In this document: in pieces, positions 16,936 to 30,766 of the stretch | How the letters are laid out: each line of letters begins with the position of its first letter | How positions within the stretch are numbered: position 1 is the first letter of the stretch | Assembly (NCBI GenBank): GCA_048771875.1 | Contig: CM109711.1 | Coordinates: 4,303,768 to 4,367,767 of the forward strand | Source of the DNA: Ctenodactylus gundi | Taxonomy: Eukaryota | DNA: 64,000 nt | Reading direction: 5' to 3' | Made by a program: the position numbers and the translations under genes | Notes under the pieces: generated by a model | Databases searched by the model: none | What the model saw: the letters and a program-made list of their open reading frames with translations, nothing else | Told to the model about the DNA's origin: nothing

Positions 16936-17971
16936 AGAGAGGGGGAGAGAGAGAGGGAAGAAGAATACATCTTCAAGAGAGAAGATGGCCAAGTGCTGAG
17001 ACACCAGTTGCCCTGAATGAGGTGTCAGGTTAGATTTCGAAAATTAACTTGGTTTTTCAGGGAATCTCCTTTCTTCCCTCCCTGGTAATCATTGTTCTTT
17101 TATAAGTAAAATGGGCTGTGTTGAGTTATATCAGAGAGAACTAGGTCCTTGTTTACTCACTAAGTGTTTTTTTTTTGTTTTTTTTTTTTTTTTTTTTTTT
17201 GGTAGGACTGGGCCTTTGCACTGAACTACATCTCTAGATCTTTTTTATTTTCGATTTTGAAACAAGGTCTCACAAAGTTGCTAGGTTGCCCAGGCTAGGC
17301 TTGAATTTGAGATCTGCCTACCTCAGCCTCCCAGAGTGCTGGGATTACAAGCACGGACCAATACGCCCAGCCCCTAAAGTGGATGTTTTTCGTGTGTTTT
17401 GAGACCTTGAGGTTTCCCAATGCCTCACTCGTAGTCTCAACTTTGTGCAGATCCTGGACCTATCAGCATGCTCCAGTGTGGAGATGTGAGCTCGTGTGGA
17501 TTGTATCTGTAGCTGATCACTAAGAAAGCAAAGGAAGAAGTGATGGGGGTCTCTGCTGTCTCACGTAGCCCTCAGCTTCTTGTGTCCGGGCCTGCTGATG
17601 TCCAGTGCTCTGCCTAGCAAACTTCATGACATTGGAGGCCCTTGTGACCTGGGAAGGCCCAGAGCCATCTGGGGGCAGCTGTCTTGTGGGGGCTGAAGGG
17701 GGTTGGCGTAGTTGGTGGGTGTGGGGAGTTGGGCCAGATCTGAGATTCCAAAGGTCAGTTCAACCCCTTACCCTTGCCCATTGAGGGTCCTGACGTCCTG
17801 GAAGTAACATGCTCCAACTGTGCATGTAATCTGATAACAAAGTTTAAAACTGCGTCTTGCGGGGTGCCCTGGTGGATGCCGGCAATCCCAGCCCCCTGGA
17901 AGGCTGAGGTCAGGGGATCCCAAGTTCAAGACCAGGCTGGGCAGCTTAGACTTTGTCTCAAAATAAAAAAG

Positions 17972-18180
17972 GCTGGAGGGATGGCACAGTGGTTAAAGCA
18001 CTCTTGAGTTGATTCCCCAACACCACGACGTAAAGCTGGCATGGTGGCGCATGCCTGTAATCCCAGCACTCAGGAGGCTGAGGCAGGCGGACTGTTCTGA
18101 GTTCAAGGCCAGCCTGGGCTATGCCAGGGAGTTCAGGACCAGCATGGTCTACAAGAGCGGGATTCTGGCTTAAAAAAAAG
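17972..18180 (+). mobile_element. composite ID-like + B1-like SINE
   Basis: Same architecture as the element at 7425. Confidence 0.7.
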
Positions 18181-18299
18181 AAAAGAAAAAGAAAGAAAGA
18201 AAAGAGAAAAAAAGTGTGGGGTGTGGGGAGACAGAACGGTAGCTCGGTGTGAAAGGCCTTGAGTTCAATCCAGAAAAGTAAAGTGAAAATTTAGAAATT

Positions 18300-18960
18300 A
18301 ACCCATCAACCTGAGGCTTGGTCCAAACATACCTGCCAAGAGTGTAAGGGCAAGAGACTCTCCGAGTGACTCTGGTCAGGGGTCAGGTGGAGGCGCCGCT
18401 GAGAGAGGGGCCGGGGTGGTGAGGGAGCGAGGAGGACAGGACCCTGGCGCCAGCGCAGGCCTTGGCCTAGGAGCAAGGCAGGAGGAGCCCAGCTGGACCC
18501 GCGAAGAATTTGACTTGCTGAGTCACGGAGCTGGGCTAGGCACGCAGGCCCCCTGAAGGGCCCAGCTGGGGCGGCAGATGGCGGCCAGGCCCCAGCAGAG
18601 GGAGCGTGGCGAGCCGGCCAGGAGGAGCCAATGGGGCTGTTCCCAGAGCCGCTTCCAGCCCCGCGTGGCCCCCGGAGTTCCGATCTCCCCTGCGCCCACC
18701 TCCGCCCGCAGCCCCGGCCCTTCCTCTGTCCCATCTGGCTCCCTGGCCCGGCTTCCACCCTGCGGGGAACCCGGCGCAGGCGCTGCTGGGAAGCTCCGCT
18801 CGGCTTTGCTGCGCCTCGCCCTGCAGCTGGGGCGCGCAGACCTGTCACCTTCCCCACCAGGACAGAGGGGCGGTCCCCATGCCAGGCCTCTCTGGTTAAA
18901 AAAGTTGGACCTCGGGCGCTATCCGATGTGCAGGAAACGCACAGTGCTTATGAAGAGCCG
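18300..18960. promoter_or_regulatory. orphan CpG island inside MVP intron 1
   Basis: About 650 bp of unique, very GC- and CpG-rich sequence. It has long ORFs in 4 frames with no recognisable protein similarity, and is flanked by SINEs. Confidence 0.35.
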
Positions 18961-19489
18961 GGCTGTCCTCTGAGCACTTTGCTTTTTAAAGTTACTGTTT
19001 TATTTTACTTTGTGGTCCTGGGAATTGAACCCACGGCCTGGTACAAGGTAGGAAAGTGCTTTACCTCTGAGCATCATGCCGGACCCTCTCAGTGCTCTGT
19101 GCAAAAACTTGCGGACAGTGCTGACTTTGCTGCCCCTCCTCTTTTATTTTTTTAATTTTTATTTTTTATGACACTGAGGTTTGAATCCAGAGCCTTTACA
19201 GTGAGCTACATCCCCAGCCCTTTGATGTCATTTTTTGGCACGAGGTTTTGCTGAGTCACTAAACTGCAGTCTGAGCTTGGACTTGAAGTCTTCCTGCCTC
19301 AGCTTCCCATAGTGCTGGAATTACAGACCTGTGCCCCAGATCCAATTCCCTCATTTAAAATTTTTATTCTATTTTTACTTCAGACAGTGTCTCGCTCTGT
19401 AGTCCAGACTGGTCCTGAACTCACTCTAAAGCCCAGACTAGCCTTGACTCACAGCCTCCCAAATTCTTGGATTACAGGCCCAAGACACC

Positions 19490-20050
19490 ATACGTGGATA
19501 ATTTTCCCCCCACCATTTTTATTAATATATATGCGATGCATAGTGTTTACAATGAACTTGAGTATTTTGTGCACTTATATATCACGTCAGCTTTACAATC
19601 CCTTCCCATTTTCAGCCCTCCCACACCCTACCCATCTATCCACCCTAACTCCCACTATCACACTCATTTGGTTCTATAGAATGCTTGTATTCTGGGTTTC
19701 CCAAGTCAGAGAAACCATACAATATTTAACATATTTAACCTTCTGCTTCTGACTCATTTCACTCAAATCACCACTCTTTAGCTCAGCTTCCCACCCCTAG
19801 AATGGGCTGCAGTGGCCGTATCTTGATGCCTCTTCTCTGGGCAGAGCCCTTTATTGGGATATTTGTCAAAAATTCTTTTTTTCTATATCTTACTACATCT
19901 TTGTTGGGATTCTTTAATGTGGCCTCATCTACCAGTCCACATAAGAAAAATAACAATGTAACTGATAAGGCTAGAAAATGTGAGAAGGAAGGAGAGAAGT
20001 TAAATTTAAAATGCCTTGGCTGAATTCTAAAAGGTAAATGTTTGTACATT
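19490..20050 (+). mobile_element. L1-like 3'-region fragment (plus orientation)
   Basis: The tgactcatttcact... block is typical of the rodent L1 ORF2 C-terminal/3' region. Confidence 0.3.
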
Positions 20051-22700
20051 TAGAAGATGTTCAGGTTATCATTACATCAATCAGTTTTCTTAGGATAAAC
20101 TTACATCAAAGACCAAATAAGTGAATTGCTACAATAAACGAACTTAAGTCTTTATCAAATTTACACATTAAATGAACTTAAATCTATATTACAGAAGTAT
20201 ATTACACTTAAAGCAATAGATATAATGGGATACTTAGTTATTTCAAAAATTTTTAACTTTCATAAATTATTTACTCACATTTCATTACTAACATTTTGCC
20301 AGATTTGGGTTATCATTTTATCTACCTATCCATCCATAAATTCATGCACATGTATTTTTAAAAGATTTTATACCAATTCTTCATGTAGACTATAATTATT
20401 GTTTTTAAAACTAATATATTATTACAAATAATAATGTGGGGAAATTTCACAGATTTTATGAAATAGCTGATACTGTTTTAGAATATCAATCAAATGATTG
20501 AAATACTGATTTTTTTTGTTGCGCTTTCTCTATAGATGTTTCCTTTCTGCCATGTTTTTTGGTGCTGCTTGTCTCTGCCTTGCTCAAAGATTCCTTCAAG
20601 TATTTTCTGCAATGTTGGGCTAGTGGTCACAAATTCCTTTACGGATTCTTGGTCATGAAAAATTTTTGATTCCCCTTTAATATTCAGGGATAATTTTGCT
20701 GGATACAATAACCTGGTTGACACCTGCTGTCTTTTAAAGCTTGAAAGAGTTTCCTCCAGGCTCTCCTGGCCTTTAAAGTTGGCATTGAGAAATCTATAGT
20801 AATTCAAATGGGTTTGCCTTGGTAGAATAATGTCTGTTTTTCTCTTACTGCTTTTAGTATTCTCTCTTCATGTTGCATTTCTGAGGTTTTAATTATATGT
20901 TGTGGTGAGTCCCATTGCTGGTTGAGGTTATTTGGTGTTCTATAAGCATTTTGTACCTGAAAATTAATTTCTTTTTCTAGATTTGGAAAATTTTCTTGTA
21001 AGCTTTCAATGAATAATAAATTCTTTATTCTTTCAGTGCTGTCTTCTGCTCTTTCTCCCACACCCATTATTTTGAGACTGGTTCTCTTTGAAGCATCCAT
21101 CAGCTGTTGTATCCAGCTACTTTGCTCATTTCTAATTTTGGAGTCATGCCTAATTATGGCATTTGTTTCTTCAGTCTTGTCTCACAATATTCCAGTCGTC
21201 TTTCCCTGCATCACATATATTTTTATATCCTGAATTTCATCTAGATTTCTTTTCAAAATTTCTACTTCTCTGCTAAAATGTTCCTTCATATCTTGCATTT
21301 CCTTGTTTACTTCAGGCTTCTATATGCTCAGTAAGCTTTGTCTCCATTAGGACCACTATTTGGTTAGCAAGTTCCTTTTAAGCCCACTGATCAGTGCTTG
21401 TATTTCTTTGAGAATATCTTTGGTCTTTTTCTTTTTTTATTTGATTTTTACTTTTTGGTGCTGAGGACTGAACCCAGGGCTTTGCACTTGCAAGGCAGGC
21501 GCTCTACCACTGAGCTAAATCTCCAACCCCATTTGAGAATATTGTTTGAACTGATTGTTCAACTCATTTATTTACTTTTTGACTTCCTTCTCTCTGAGTT
21601 CTACTATTTCAGGGGCCATGACATCAGTTTCTGGGGTCTCAGGCATCTCTGTGGATGTCCTATTGCCTCGTCTTCTTCCCATGTTTCTGTTGTTGAGGAA
21701 CTTCACTGGAAAGGCCTAGCTGAGAGGTTTCTTTGAGTATGAGAGTGTGTGGGGGGAGCCTAAATTCCCCCTGAGTTCTTTCCAGGGAGTAGGCAGTGAG
21801 GAGGACCAAACAGTATGATAGCCTCTGGGGTGTCATGATCACCCTCAGCCCCCTCAGCCAAGCTCTCCCACCTGTCCTGGCTGCCCTACCCCGAGGGTGG
21901 GGCTCTCCACCCTTGGAGGTGCTCACACTACACCCAGCCATTCAGGAGGTCACTGGCCTCTCTCCTCTTCACAACTGTCTCTTGGGCCAGTTTTTTCCTA
22001 GGCACTATTAAAGAGTGACCCCCAAAACCCTGATGCACTCTTCTGAGCTTTCTTTTACTCTAATTAGTTCATTATCAGGCTCTTTTTAAAAAATGGATAC
22101 TTGCTTACATCATTGCCTATTGATGGCTGCCGAGTGCTGCTTCTGAACTTGGCTCGGGAGGCCTTTTTAAAGAGAAGTTCACAGTGTGTTTGTAATATGC
22201 AGTACCCCCAGGTTTGTTTCTGGAGTCTGGGGCTACCAGCTGCTGTCAATTCCCACTTCTCCTGGATCCACACTTACCTTAGTCTGAGGTTCCAGTCTCC
22301 ACGCTTCCATCTGGGGATGCCGGCAGCTCAGGGCTGCACTGTTTTCCTCTAATTCTGATATGTCTTAAGAGATTTCTGACTTCCCATGGTCTTCTTTCGG
22401 TGTTTGGGGTGCTCCTTCCTCTCCTAGCTCCATCAAAGGTTCCGGACTCCAGCAGCTTTCCTCTGTCTGAGGATGCTGGCAGCTCCCAGCTGTTCACAGT
22501 TGGCCTGGGGCAGCTTCCTGGGCTGTTTTTCCCCAGACTTCCAATGTTCCTTCGGGGATTTCTGACCTTCCCCTGGCCTTTTTCAGTTGTCAGGCCACTC
22601 CTTCCTGTCCTAGCTACATTAAACAGGTGCTTTTTGACTGTATTCTCAACTTTTTAAGTGGTTCCAGGAGAAGACATTTTGCAGCTCCGTTCCTCAGCTG
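20050..22700 (-). mobile_element. LINE-1 element, 5' portion: tandem 5'UTR monomers (about 22310-22620), ORF1 remnants (20490-21100), start of ORF2
   Basis: Minus-strand ORFs 20490..20807 and 20804..21100 encode L1 ORF1p-like sequence (...ENFPNLEKE..., ...YPAKLSLNIKGESKIFHDQESVKEFVTTSPTLQKILEGIF). Two approximately 150-bp direct repeats upstream resemble a rodent L1 promoter monomer array. Confidence 0.55.
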
Positions 22701-23801
22701 CCATTTTGACCGGAACCCTGGCAAATTTTTTTTAAATGTGGTACTGGGTGATCAAACCTAGGGCCTTCCTCAGGCTAGGCAAGCACTCTAACAGATGAGC
22801 TAGGGCCCAAGCCCCAGAACAGTGCCTTTTCCGTATCATGGTATTGTGTAATACCTGGACAGTGAGGCTTACGCAGGAAGTAGCGTTGTTGGTGCTGGCA
22901 GGTTGGCCCATTGGACTGATATCCAGAGGCTGGGCCCAAAACGGTGGAGGGCTTTGCCTTGTGTACATTTGGACCTCTTTGTTGCCCCTACATGGTAACA
23001 GGTGATTGTGATGAGCTACTTGAAAGTTGCTAAGCAGTCACACTAAAAGTTACAATGTAAAGTTACAGTGTTGTGCTTGAAGTTACTAGGCAATGGTAGG
23101 GTGCCCATGCATGCGCGCTTGGTGCGTTGCTGCCTGCTTCTGTTCCGGAAGGAGCCGGCCCAGGTCCCTACCACGGTGGAGCAGACAGCAGGACGAGCAA
23201 CAGAGAGAAAGGAGGGAGAAGCTGGGATGACAGTGGGGCAGGGAACAGGCCAGGAAGTCAGAAAGGCGGCCATTTGCTCCCCAGAGGCAGGAGGGCAGGG
23301 TGGAAAGGTGTCCGACCAGTTTGGAGTGAAGAGGCAGATGCACCAAGTGTCAGGGTCAAATCACACACAAGTGCGCAAGATGGAGAGAGGAGTAGAGTAA
23401 CTTCCTCCCAAGGGGAAACTACCAGGAACCCCGAAACTGTAACCTCTCCCAAAGGGAAGCAAGGGGCTGGAGGAATGGCTCAGCGGTTAAAGCGCTTGCC
23501 TGGCAAGCACTGAGGCAAGTGCTCAGTACCTGAGTTCGATTTCCCGCCCCACGTAAGCGGGGCGGAGACGGACGGGGTCGGCAGCGTCCCCTGGGCTTCT
23601 GTGGTTGACCGCTGCAGGCCATTCTTGGTCCAGCCTTTACAAGCTGTGTTGTCCTGGGCAGAACAGAAGGCAGTCAGCCTGGGAACAGGAAAGAGGGGCC
23701 AAGCGCAGCTGCAGAAGGGAAGGGTGGTAGCCCACGGTCAGCCTGGGACCTGCCTCATCCTCATCCCAGGGCCTGGTGCTCACGTTGTGTCTTCTCCACA
23801 G

Positions 23802-23851
23802 CCGTCTGTCATTCTCTGCGCCCACATTAACGGGGGGGTTTGGAAGTAACC
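23802..23851 (+). other. MVP: MVP 5'UTR part of the ATG-containing exon
   Basis: A pyrimidine tract plus cag acceptor ends at 23801. The ATG is at 23852. Confidence 0.5.
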
Positions 23852-23976
23852 ATGGCAACTGAAGAGTCCATCATCCGCATCCCCCCCTACTATTATATCC
23901 ATGTACTGGACCAGAACAGCAATGTGTCCCGCGTGGAAGTCGGACCAAAGACCTATATCCGGCAGGACAATGAGAG
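23852..23976 (+). CDS. MVP: MVP coding exon 1 (ATG exon)
   Basis: ORF track 23840..24043. GTGGGT donor at 23977. Phase 2. Confidence 0.9.
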
Positions 23977-26900
23977 GTGGGTGTGGGGTCCTTACGCTGA
24001 AAAGCTCCTATTAGTCTGGCTGGTGGGATCGTCCTACCTGTAGGCTAGGAGTGGCCCTCGTTTGAGTGACAGGGAGATTTCTCTGGGTCTGCCACCTCCT
24101 TTGGGTGTGGAGACCAGGGTGTCTGGCATCCTCTGAGCCTGTCTTACCCTCCAACAGGGTACTGTTTGCCCCTGTGGCCATGGTGACAGTCCCTCCACGC
24201 CACTACTGCACAGTGGTCAATCCTGTGTGCCGGGACGCCCAGGGCTCCGTGCTGTTCGACGTCACAGGACAAGTCCAGCTTTGCCACGCTGACCAAGAGA
24301 TCCGGCTGGCCCAGGACCCCTTCCCACTGTACCCAGGGGAGGTGCTGGAAAAGGTACCTACCCTGGCTCCCCGCACCCTGCTTTGCCGTCCTGCTACCTG
24401 TGCCAAGAAAGCAAATGGGGCCAGCGAGAGTGGCTGGGTGGGCAGGCTCCAACCAGCAGGGCTCAGGGACTCACTGCCCCCCCCCCACCCTCTCAGGCAC
24501 CCCCTTCCCCTGTGCATGCCCCAGACAGACTTGTATGCCCAAGGACTGTCACCCGCCTCACCACCAAACCTGCCAGGCTCCGGCTTTCAGACACTCCCAG
24601 TCATGCCCCACTGCATGAGCTGTACTGGAGTCAACCGTTCAGTCAAAGGGGCCAGACATCAATGGGCCAGGATGAAGGAGTAGGGTGTGAGATGCTGGTT
24701 TGTCCCCGGGGAATCCACCCCAGGCCTGGGCCGAGCCAAGGCTCTGTCCAGGTGGCCTTGGCCCCTGCCCCAGCAATTGGCGACCGCCTCGACTTTCTTA
24801 ACAACTTCCTCTCCTCCTCCTCCTCCTCCTCCTCCTCTTTTTCCTCCCTCCCTTCCTTCTTTTCTTCCTCCCCTTCCTCCTCTTCCTCTTGTCTCTCATT
24901 TCTTCTTTTGCAGTAGAACCTGAGGCCTTTGCACTGAGCTGAACCTCCAGCCTGTTTTTTGGTTTCGATTTTGTGACAGAGTCTTGCTAAGTTGCTAAAT
25001 TGTCCAGGTTGGGCTTGAATTTGTGAGCCTCCTGCCTCAGCTTCCCAGACTGCTGGGATTACAGGCCTGTGCTACCAGGCCCAGCTTTATCTCAACCCTT
25101 TTGCCACTGTTACCTATTAATTCTATGTTCCCTTATAACCAGTGCAGTTTTGTTTTGTGTGGCACTGGAGGTGGAATTCAGGGCCTTGCATATGCTAGGC
25201 CACGCCCTTCGGTGCTAAGCTCCACCCCTAGGTCCTGTCCGGTGTTTCTTGATCCTGAATACATAATAATGCTACCCGATGGGCTTTTAGAGTGCATTCA
25301 TGGCCACTAAGATGCAAGCAGTTGAGAAGTATATGAGTAGAGAGAGAAAATGGGGAAAAGTGATTAACCCTTAAGGAACCCAAGGGAAGAGTACAGATGA
25401 ATTATTTGTACTGTTGTTGCAACTTTTCTCTACCTCTGCAGCTCTCAAAATGAAATGTTTGGGGCTGGAGGAATGGCTCAGCATTTAAAGCACTAGCCTA
25501 GCAAGGGCTAAGTCAAGAGCTAAGTGCCTGAGTTCGATTCCCTAGCACCACATAAGCCTGTGTGGGGGTGCACGCCTGTGATCCCAGCACTCAGGAGGCT
25601 GAGGCAGGAGGATTGCCATGAGTCCAAGGCCAGCCTGGGCTCCACAGTGAGTTCAGGACCAGCCTGGACTACAGAGCGAGACCCTGTCTCAAAAAAAAAA
25701 AAGAAAGAAACATTTAAAAATATCCATATTCAGTCTGACTTCAGACCAACTAAATCCCCTGTGGGTGGAGGGCAGTATTTACACTTCCCAAGGGCTGAGA
25801 AGCAAAATTATCTCTGTGACCCCTCCCTGCCCCAAGGCCAGCCTGTGGAAGTTCATTCTCTCACATCTCAATTACCCTACCTGAGAGCAGCACTGGCTTG
25901 TAGAAGGTCCTTTCTCCTCCTTTTTTACTTTAAATTTTCATTTATTTTGTGGTAGTAGGGACCGAGCCCAGGACCTTCACACACGCAGACGTATAATCTC
26001 AGCCCACTTTTGATCTTTAACTTTGAGACAAGATCTTGCTAAGTTGTGCAGGCTGGGCTTGAACATGGGATCTTCCCACCTCAGCTTCCCGGAGTGCTGG
26101 GATTGCAGGACTGTCATTGGCTCAGGTCTCTTGTGCTCTCACCCTGCAGGAAAATAACTCTGGTTCTGACCAGGATTGTCTCCCATCTCCCCCGGCGTCT
26201 CACGCCCACGAGGGGTTCCTGTTGGAACAGAGAGGGCCACGCAGATCCTCCCTCCCATCAGTATCATTAGTAACTCATGTAGTAAATGCTTCATTCCTAG
26301 CCAACCTCTGTTCGCCAGTTCCCTTCCTTTCTGGCCATTTTTTTCTTCCTTTTCTCTGTCTGCTTCTAAATATTTCATGTTGTTAGCTCCCTTCCTGTTG
26401 TCAACTCTCTTATTCTTTCTTGTTCGTTTTCACAGTACTTGGGTGGGATTGAACCCAGGGTGGGATTGAACCCAGGGTGGGATTGAACCCAGGGTGGGAT
26501 TGAACCCAGGGTGGGATTGAACCCAGGGCCTTTGCACGAGCTTTCTCCTCAGTCTCCTTTTTTTAAAAAATGTTAAGACATGGCCTCACTCTGTTACCGA
26601 GGCTGGAATCAAACTTACGATCCTCCTGCCTCAGCCTTCCAGAGTACTGGGATTACAGGCTTACTTCACCAGGTGCGACTCACCTTCCGGCCTTCTTGTA
26701 CTTCCTAGCGAGCACAGGTGCGCACCGAGCTGTGAGACAGTTATTGATTTAGCTTTCCAGATGTCTACACTCGCCTCTTGCCACACAGCACCCCTCTTAG
26801 TACATGATTGGCTCCAACAGCTCCTGAGCACTGCAGAATAGAGCGTGTTCTTGGCTCATCAGCTGGTCCTCTGTCCTTTAGTTCTTTGGCCTCAAAGCCG

Positions 26901-29900
26901 CCCCTTCCTTATACCTTCTCCTGGGTCTTATTTTGGGATGTGTAAAAGATTGATACCATAAAAAAATAAGCAAACCAAAAAAAAAAAAAAAAAGGTCAAT
27001 ACCAGAGCTGGGTAAAATGATATGCACCTATTCTAGCTACTTGGGAGGCCCAAGTAGGAGGATCCAAGTTAGAGTCCAGCCTAGAGAATTTAGCAGGACT
27101 CCGTCTCACAATAAAAAAAAAAAAAAAATCCTGTAATCATAGGCTGAGGCAGGAGGGTTACAAATTCAAGCTTAGTCTTGGCCACTTAGTGACTTATGAG
27201 ATCCTGTGTCAACACCAAGAATAAAAACAGCTCAGGATGTCACTCAGTGTAAAGGCTCTGAGCTCAGTCTCTAGGGGTATCTCTAGTAATAATAATAATA
27301 ACAATAAAGAGAAAGCAATGCCATGGACTCTGATGTCCACAGGACAGGTGTGTGCCTCGGGGTCACAGCACTGAGCGCCCCTCTTTCTTGTTAGGACATC
27401 ACTCCGCTGCAGGTGGTGCTGCCCAACACCGCACTGCATCTCAAGGCACTGCTGGACTTTGTGAACACGGAGGGCCACAAGGTACTGGCAGGAGATGAGT
27501 GGCTGTTTGAGGGGCCTGGTAAGTCCTCTGTCCGGCATGTTGGGGTCCTGCATAGCCCTGGCGCCTCTGGCCGCCAGCGACTCTCCATCTTTCTGTCGCA
27601 GGTACGTACATCCCCCAGAAAGAGGTGGAAGTTGTGGAGATGATCCAGGCCACAGTCATCAGGCCAAACCAGGCTCTGCGGCTGAGGGCGCGAAAGGAGT
27701 GCTTGGACTGGAACAACAAGCAGAGGGTGACAGGTGGGGTCACCAAGGGCACCGATGGCAGGTGGGCCAGGAGGGGGGCTTCTGGGCAGGAGAAGAATGG
27801 GAAAGCCATTGTGCGCCATGGGGGACACTCTCCTGATGTCTCTTGAGAGCTGGGAGAGCTGCCCCTGCTCCTTGCTGCCTCAGCCCCACCCTAATCCCAG
27901 GATCAGGACCTCGCCAACTGGCCTTCTCGTGCCTGTCCCTCACTTTGTACTGAGAGCTGTGGCCAGATCTTTTCTGGTTCTTGCGCGATAAAGCACATAT
28001 TCAAACACAATGAATAAATGCAACATCTACTGTATCGGATGTATGAATAATTCAAAATACTTTCCAGGCCGGGGCCAGTAGTACAGGCCTGCAGTCCTAG
28101 CAGGAGGACCGCAAGGTGGAGCCCAGCCAGGGCAATTTGGTGGCTTAGTGGGACCCTGTTGTGACAACCAAAATAAAGAGGGGCTCGGTGGGAAGGCCCC
28201 GGTCCCACCCAACCCTGACAAAATAATAGTGATAAGAAAATGAAATAACATGCTTTATACGATGTAACTTGCTTAGTCCTTTGATAGCCTGAAGGCATCA
28301 CTGTCGCCCTGTGGCGAAGCAGAGGGGAAGGTTATGACTTGTTCCCATAAACGAAACAGCATTTCCAACATTCCTTCTTTCTAGTACTCAGGGATTAAAT
28401 GCTAGGCCTTCATACTGAGCCCAATTTCTTTTTTTCTTTTCTTTTTGTGAGACAGGGTCTTGCTAAGTCACTCAGGCTAGGTTCACACATGCCATTTTTC
28501 CTGCCTCAGCCTCCCAGGGTGCTGCAGCTACAGAATTTCGGATGTGTGCCTTCCTGCTTGACCCACAGAGGCTTGTTTTGTTTTGTTTTGTTTGAGATAG
28601 GGTCTCACTCTACAGTCCTGGATGGTCCTGAACTCACGCTATAGCCCAGGCTGGCCCTGGACTCATGTCAGTCCTCCTGCCACAGCTTCCCAAGTGCTGG
28701 GATTACAGGCATGCGCCACCATATCCGGCTTACCTTGTGCTGGGAAATTAGCCTCAGGGCCTTGTGCTTTCTAGGCAAGTGCTCAAGCCACTGTGCTTTC
28801 CTCCACCCCCACAATTCTTCGATTCTTCATAGAGGCACTCCTGCTGCCCAGTTTAGGGAAAGGAGAAGTCTCTGGAACGTACAGAAGCCTTGTAGGGTGT
28901 TGGCGTACAGCAGCTTGATTCCTAAAAAGGCTTTTTAAATCCTCCTGGGGCAGAGGTTACTTTTCCTCTGGCTTCTTGAAGACTCCTGGCAGGCCCTGGA
29001 GTGGGACAGTGGCTCCTCTTCATCTGTGAGGCCCAGCTGGCCCTCTGTTGTCAATCTTGTAGGAGGGGACAGCGGGACGTAGATGACCCTCTCCCCTTCC
29101 TCTCATCTCAGGGGAGGAATGGCTGGTCCGCTCGGTGGGTGCGTATCTCCCAGCTGTGTTCGAGGAGGTTCTGGATCTGGTGGATGCTGTGATCCTCACC
29201 GAAAAGGTCTGTGCTGGAGGATGTGGCCCCAGGGGCCAGGGCAAGGACTCTCGCGGTGACGGGGAAGGGTGGCAGGGAGAGTGCCAGTGAAAGAGAAGAA
29301 GTCTGATGAATCTAGATGATTGAGGAACATGATAGAGAGATTTTTAAAAGTGAGTGATTTTATGCAGTCTACTCCGTGGTCTCAGTTACTCCGAAGTAAG
29401 TGTATGTCATTTGATCCTCGTGCTGCAGTGAGTAAAAAGAGAAAAATAAAGACAGCATAAATAGTAAAATATGCTCCAGGGCTGGAGGGTTACCCAGTGA
29501 GAGCTCTCGCCTAGCAGTACAAGGGCCTGAGTATGATTGCCCAGTGCTACAAAGTGCATAATGCCTCGCGCCTACAGTCCCACCACTCAGGAGGCTGAGG
29601 CAGGAGGATTGCTATGGGTTCAAGATCAGCCTGGACTGCAGAATGAGACCCTATCTGAAAAAAAAAAAGAAAGAAAGAAAGCCCTCCTGGGTTGGACGGG
29701 TAGACATTATCATTCAGACCTAAGAGCAGGGATGTTCCCAGCCGCCTGGGGAAGTGGCGGGAGAGAGCTGGAGGGAGGCTTACTCACAGCCAGCGTGGCC
29801 TTCTGCAGACAGCCCTGCACCTCCGAGCGCTCCAGAACTTCCAGGACTCGCAGGGAGTGGCCCGCCGCACCGGGGAGGAATGGTTGGTGACAGTGGAGGA

Positions 29901-30734
29901 CACAGAGGCCCACGTGCCTGACGTCTACGAGGAGGTCATGGGGGTTGTGCCCATCACCACTCTGGGCCCCCGACACTACTGTGTGGTCCTTGACCCAGTT
30001 GGGCCGGATGGCAAGAACCAGCTGGGGCAAAAGCGCGTCATCAAGGTGAGCTGCGCCTCCTGGCGGTCCCCGTGAGGGCCTGAGGCACTGGGCGGGGGGG
30101 GAGCCTCCGCCCTCTCTCCCTTTCTCTGTGCTAGATGCAACTCTGCCTTCGCTCACTGTCCCGCTTGATTTCCCAGCAGCCTCCTTGTTACCTCCTGGGC
30201 CTCAAGTGCTTGGGGAAAGGCTGCTGGCTGTGTGTTCTGGAGTCTGTCACCCTTTGTGAATCTCACCCTGTTCCCACCGGCACCCCACCCCTGATCTCTG
30301 GGAGAATCCCGGGAATCGGCAGATTTCCTCTGTGAAGGACTAGAGAGTAGACGGGTTCTGCATGGTGAACCTCATGGTTCTGTTGAAACCCTTGACTGAG
30401 GGGTCATGAATGCAGCATGGGTGGCATGCAGGCACACGAGTGCCCCCCACCAACCCACCCCCTTTCCTGGAATATCTTATTTGCAAAAACAGGAGGCAGG
30501 AGAATCAAAGTAACCCAATGTTCACTGGTTGATGAAACGATCAAAAAACATCGTGGCATGTCTGTACAATGGGTATGATCACACAGTGGTATGATCCAGC
30601 TGTAAAAAGAGAGGAAGAGCTGGACTGGCGGGTGGTCCAGGCCTGGAATCCCAGCACACTGGGAGGCTGAGGCAGGAGGATCACGAGTTTGAGTCCAGCC
30701 TGGGCAATTTAGCAGCTGAGCAAGACCCTATCTC

Positions 30735-30766
<32 letters not shown>

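Noticed and set aside
18306-19155. Four overlapping ORFs of 97-183 aa in the orphan CpG island
   Set aside because: They overlap in multiple frames and both strands. The Pro/Ala/Gly/Arg bias is typical of GC-rich non-coding DNA, and no start-codon context or homology was recognised. Kept only as a CpG-island finding.
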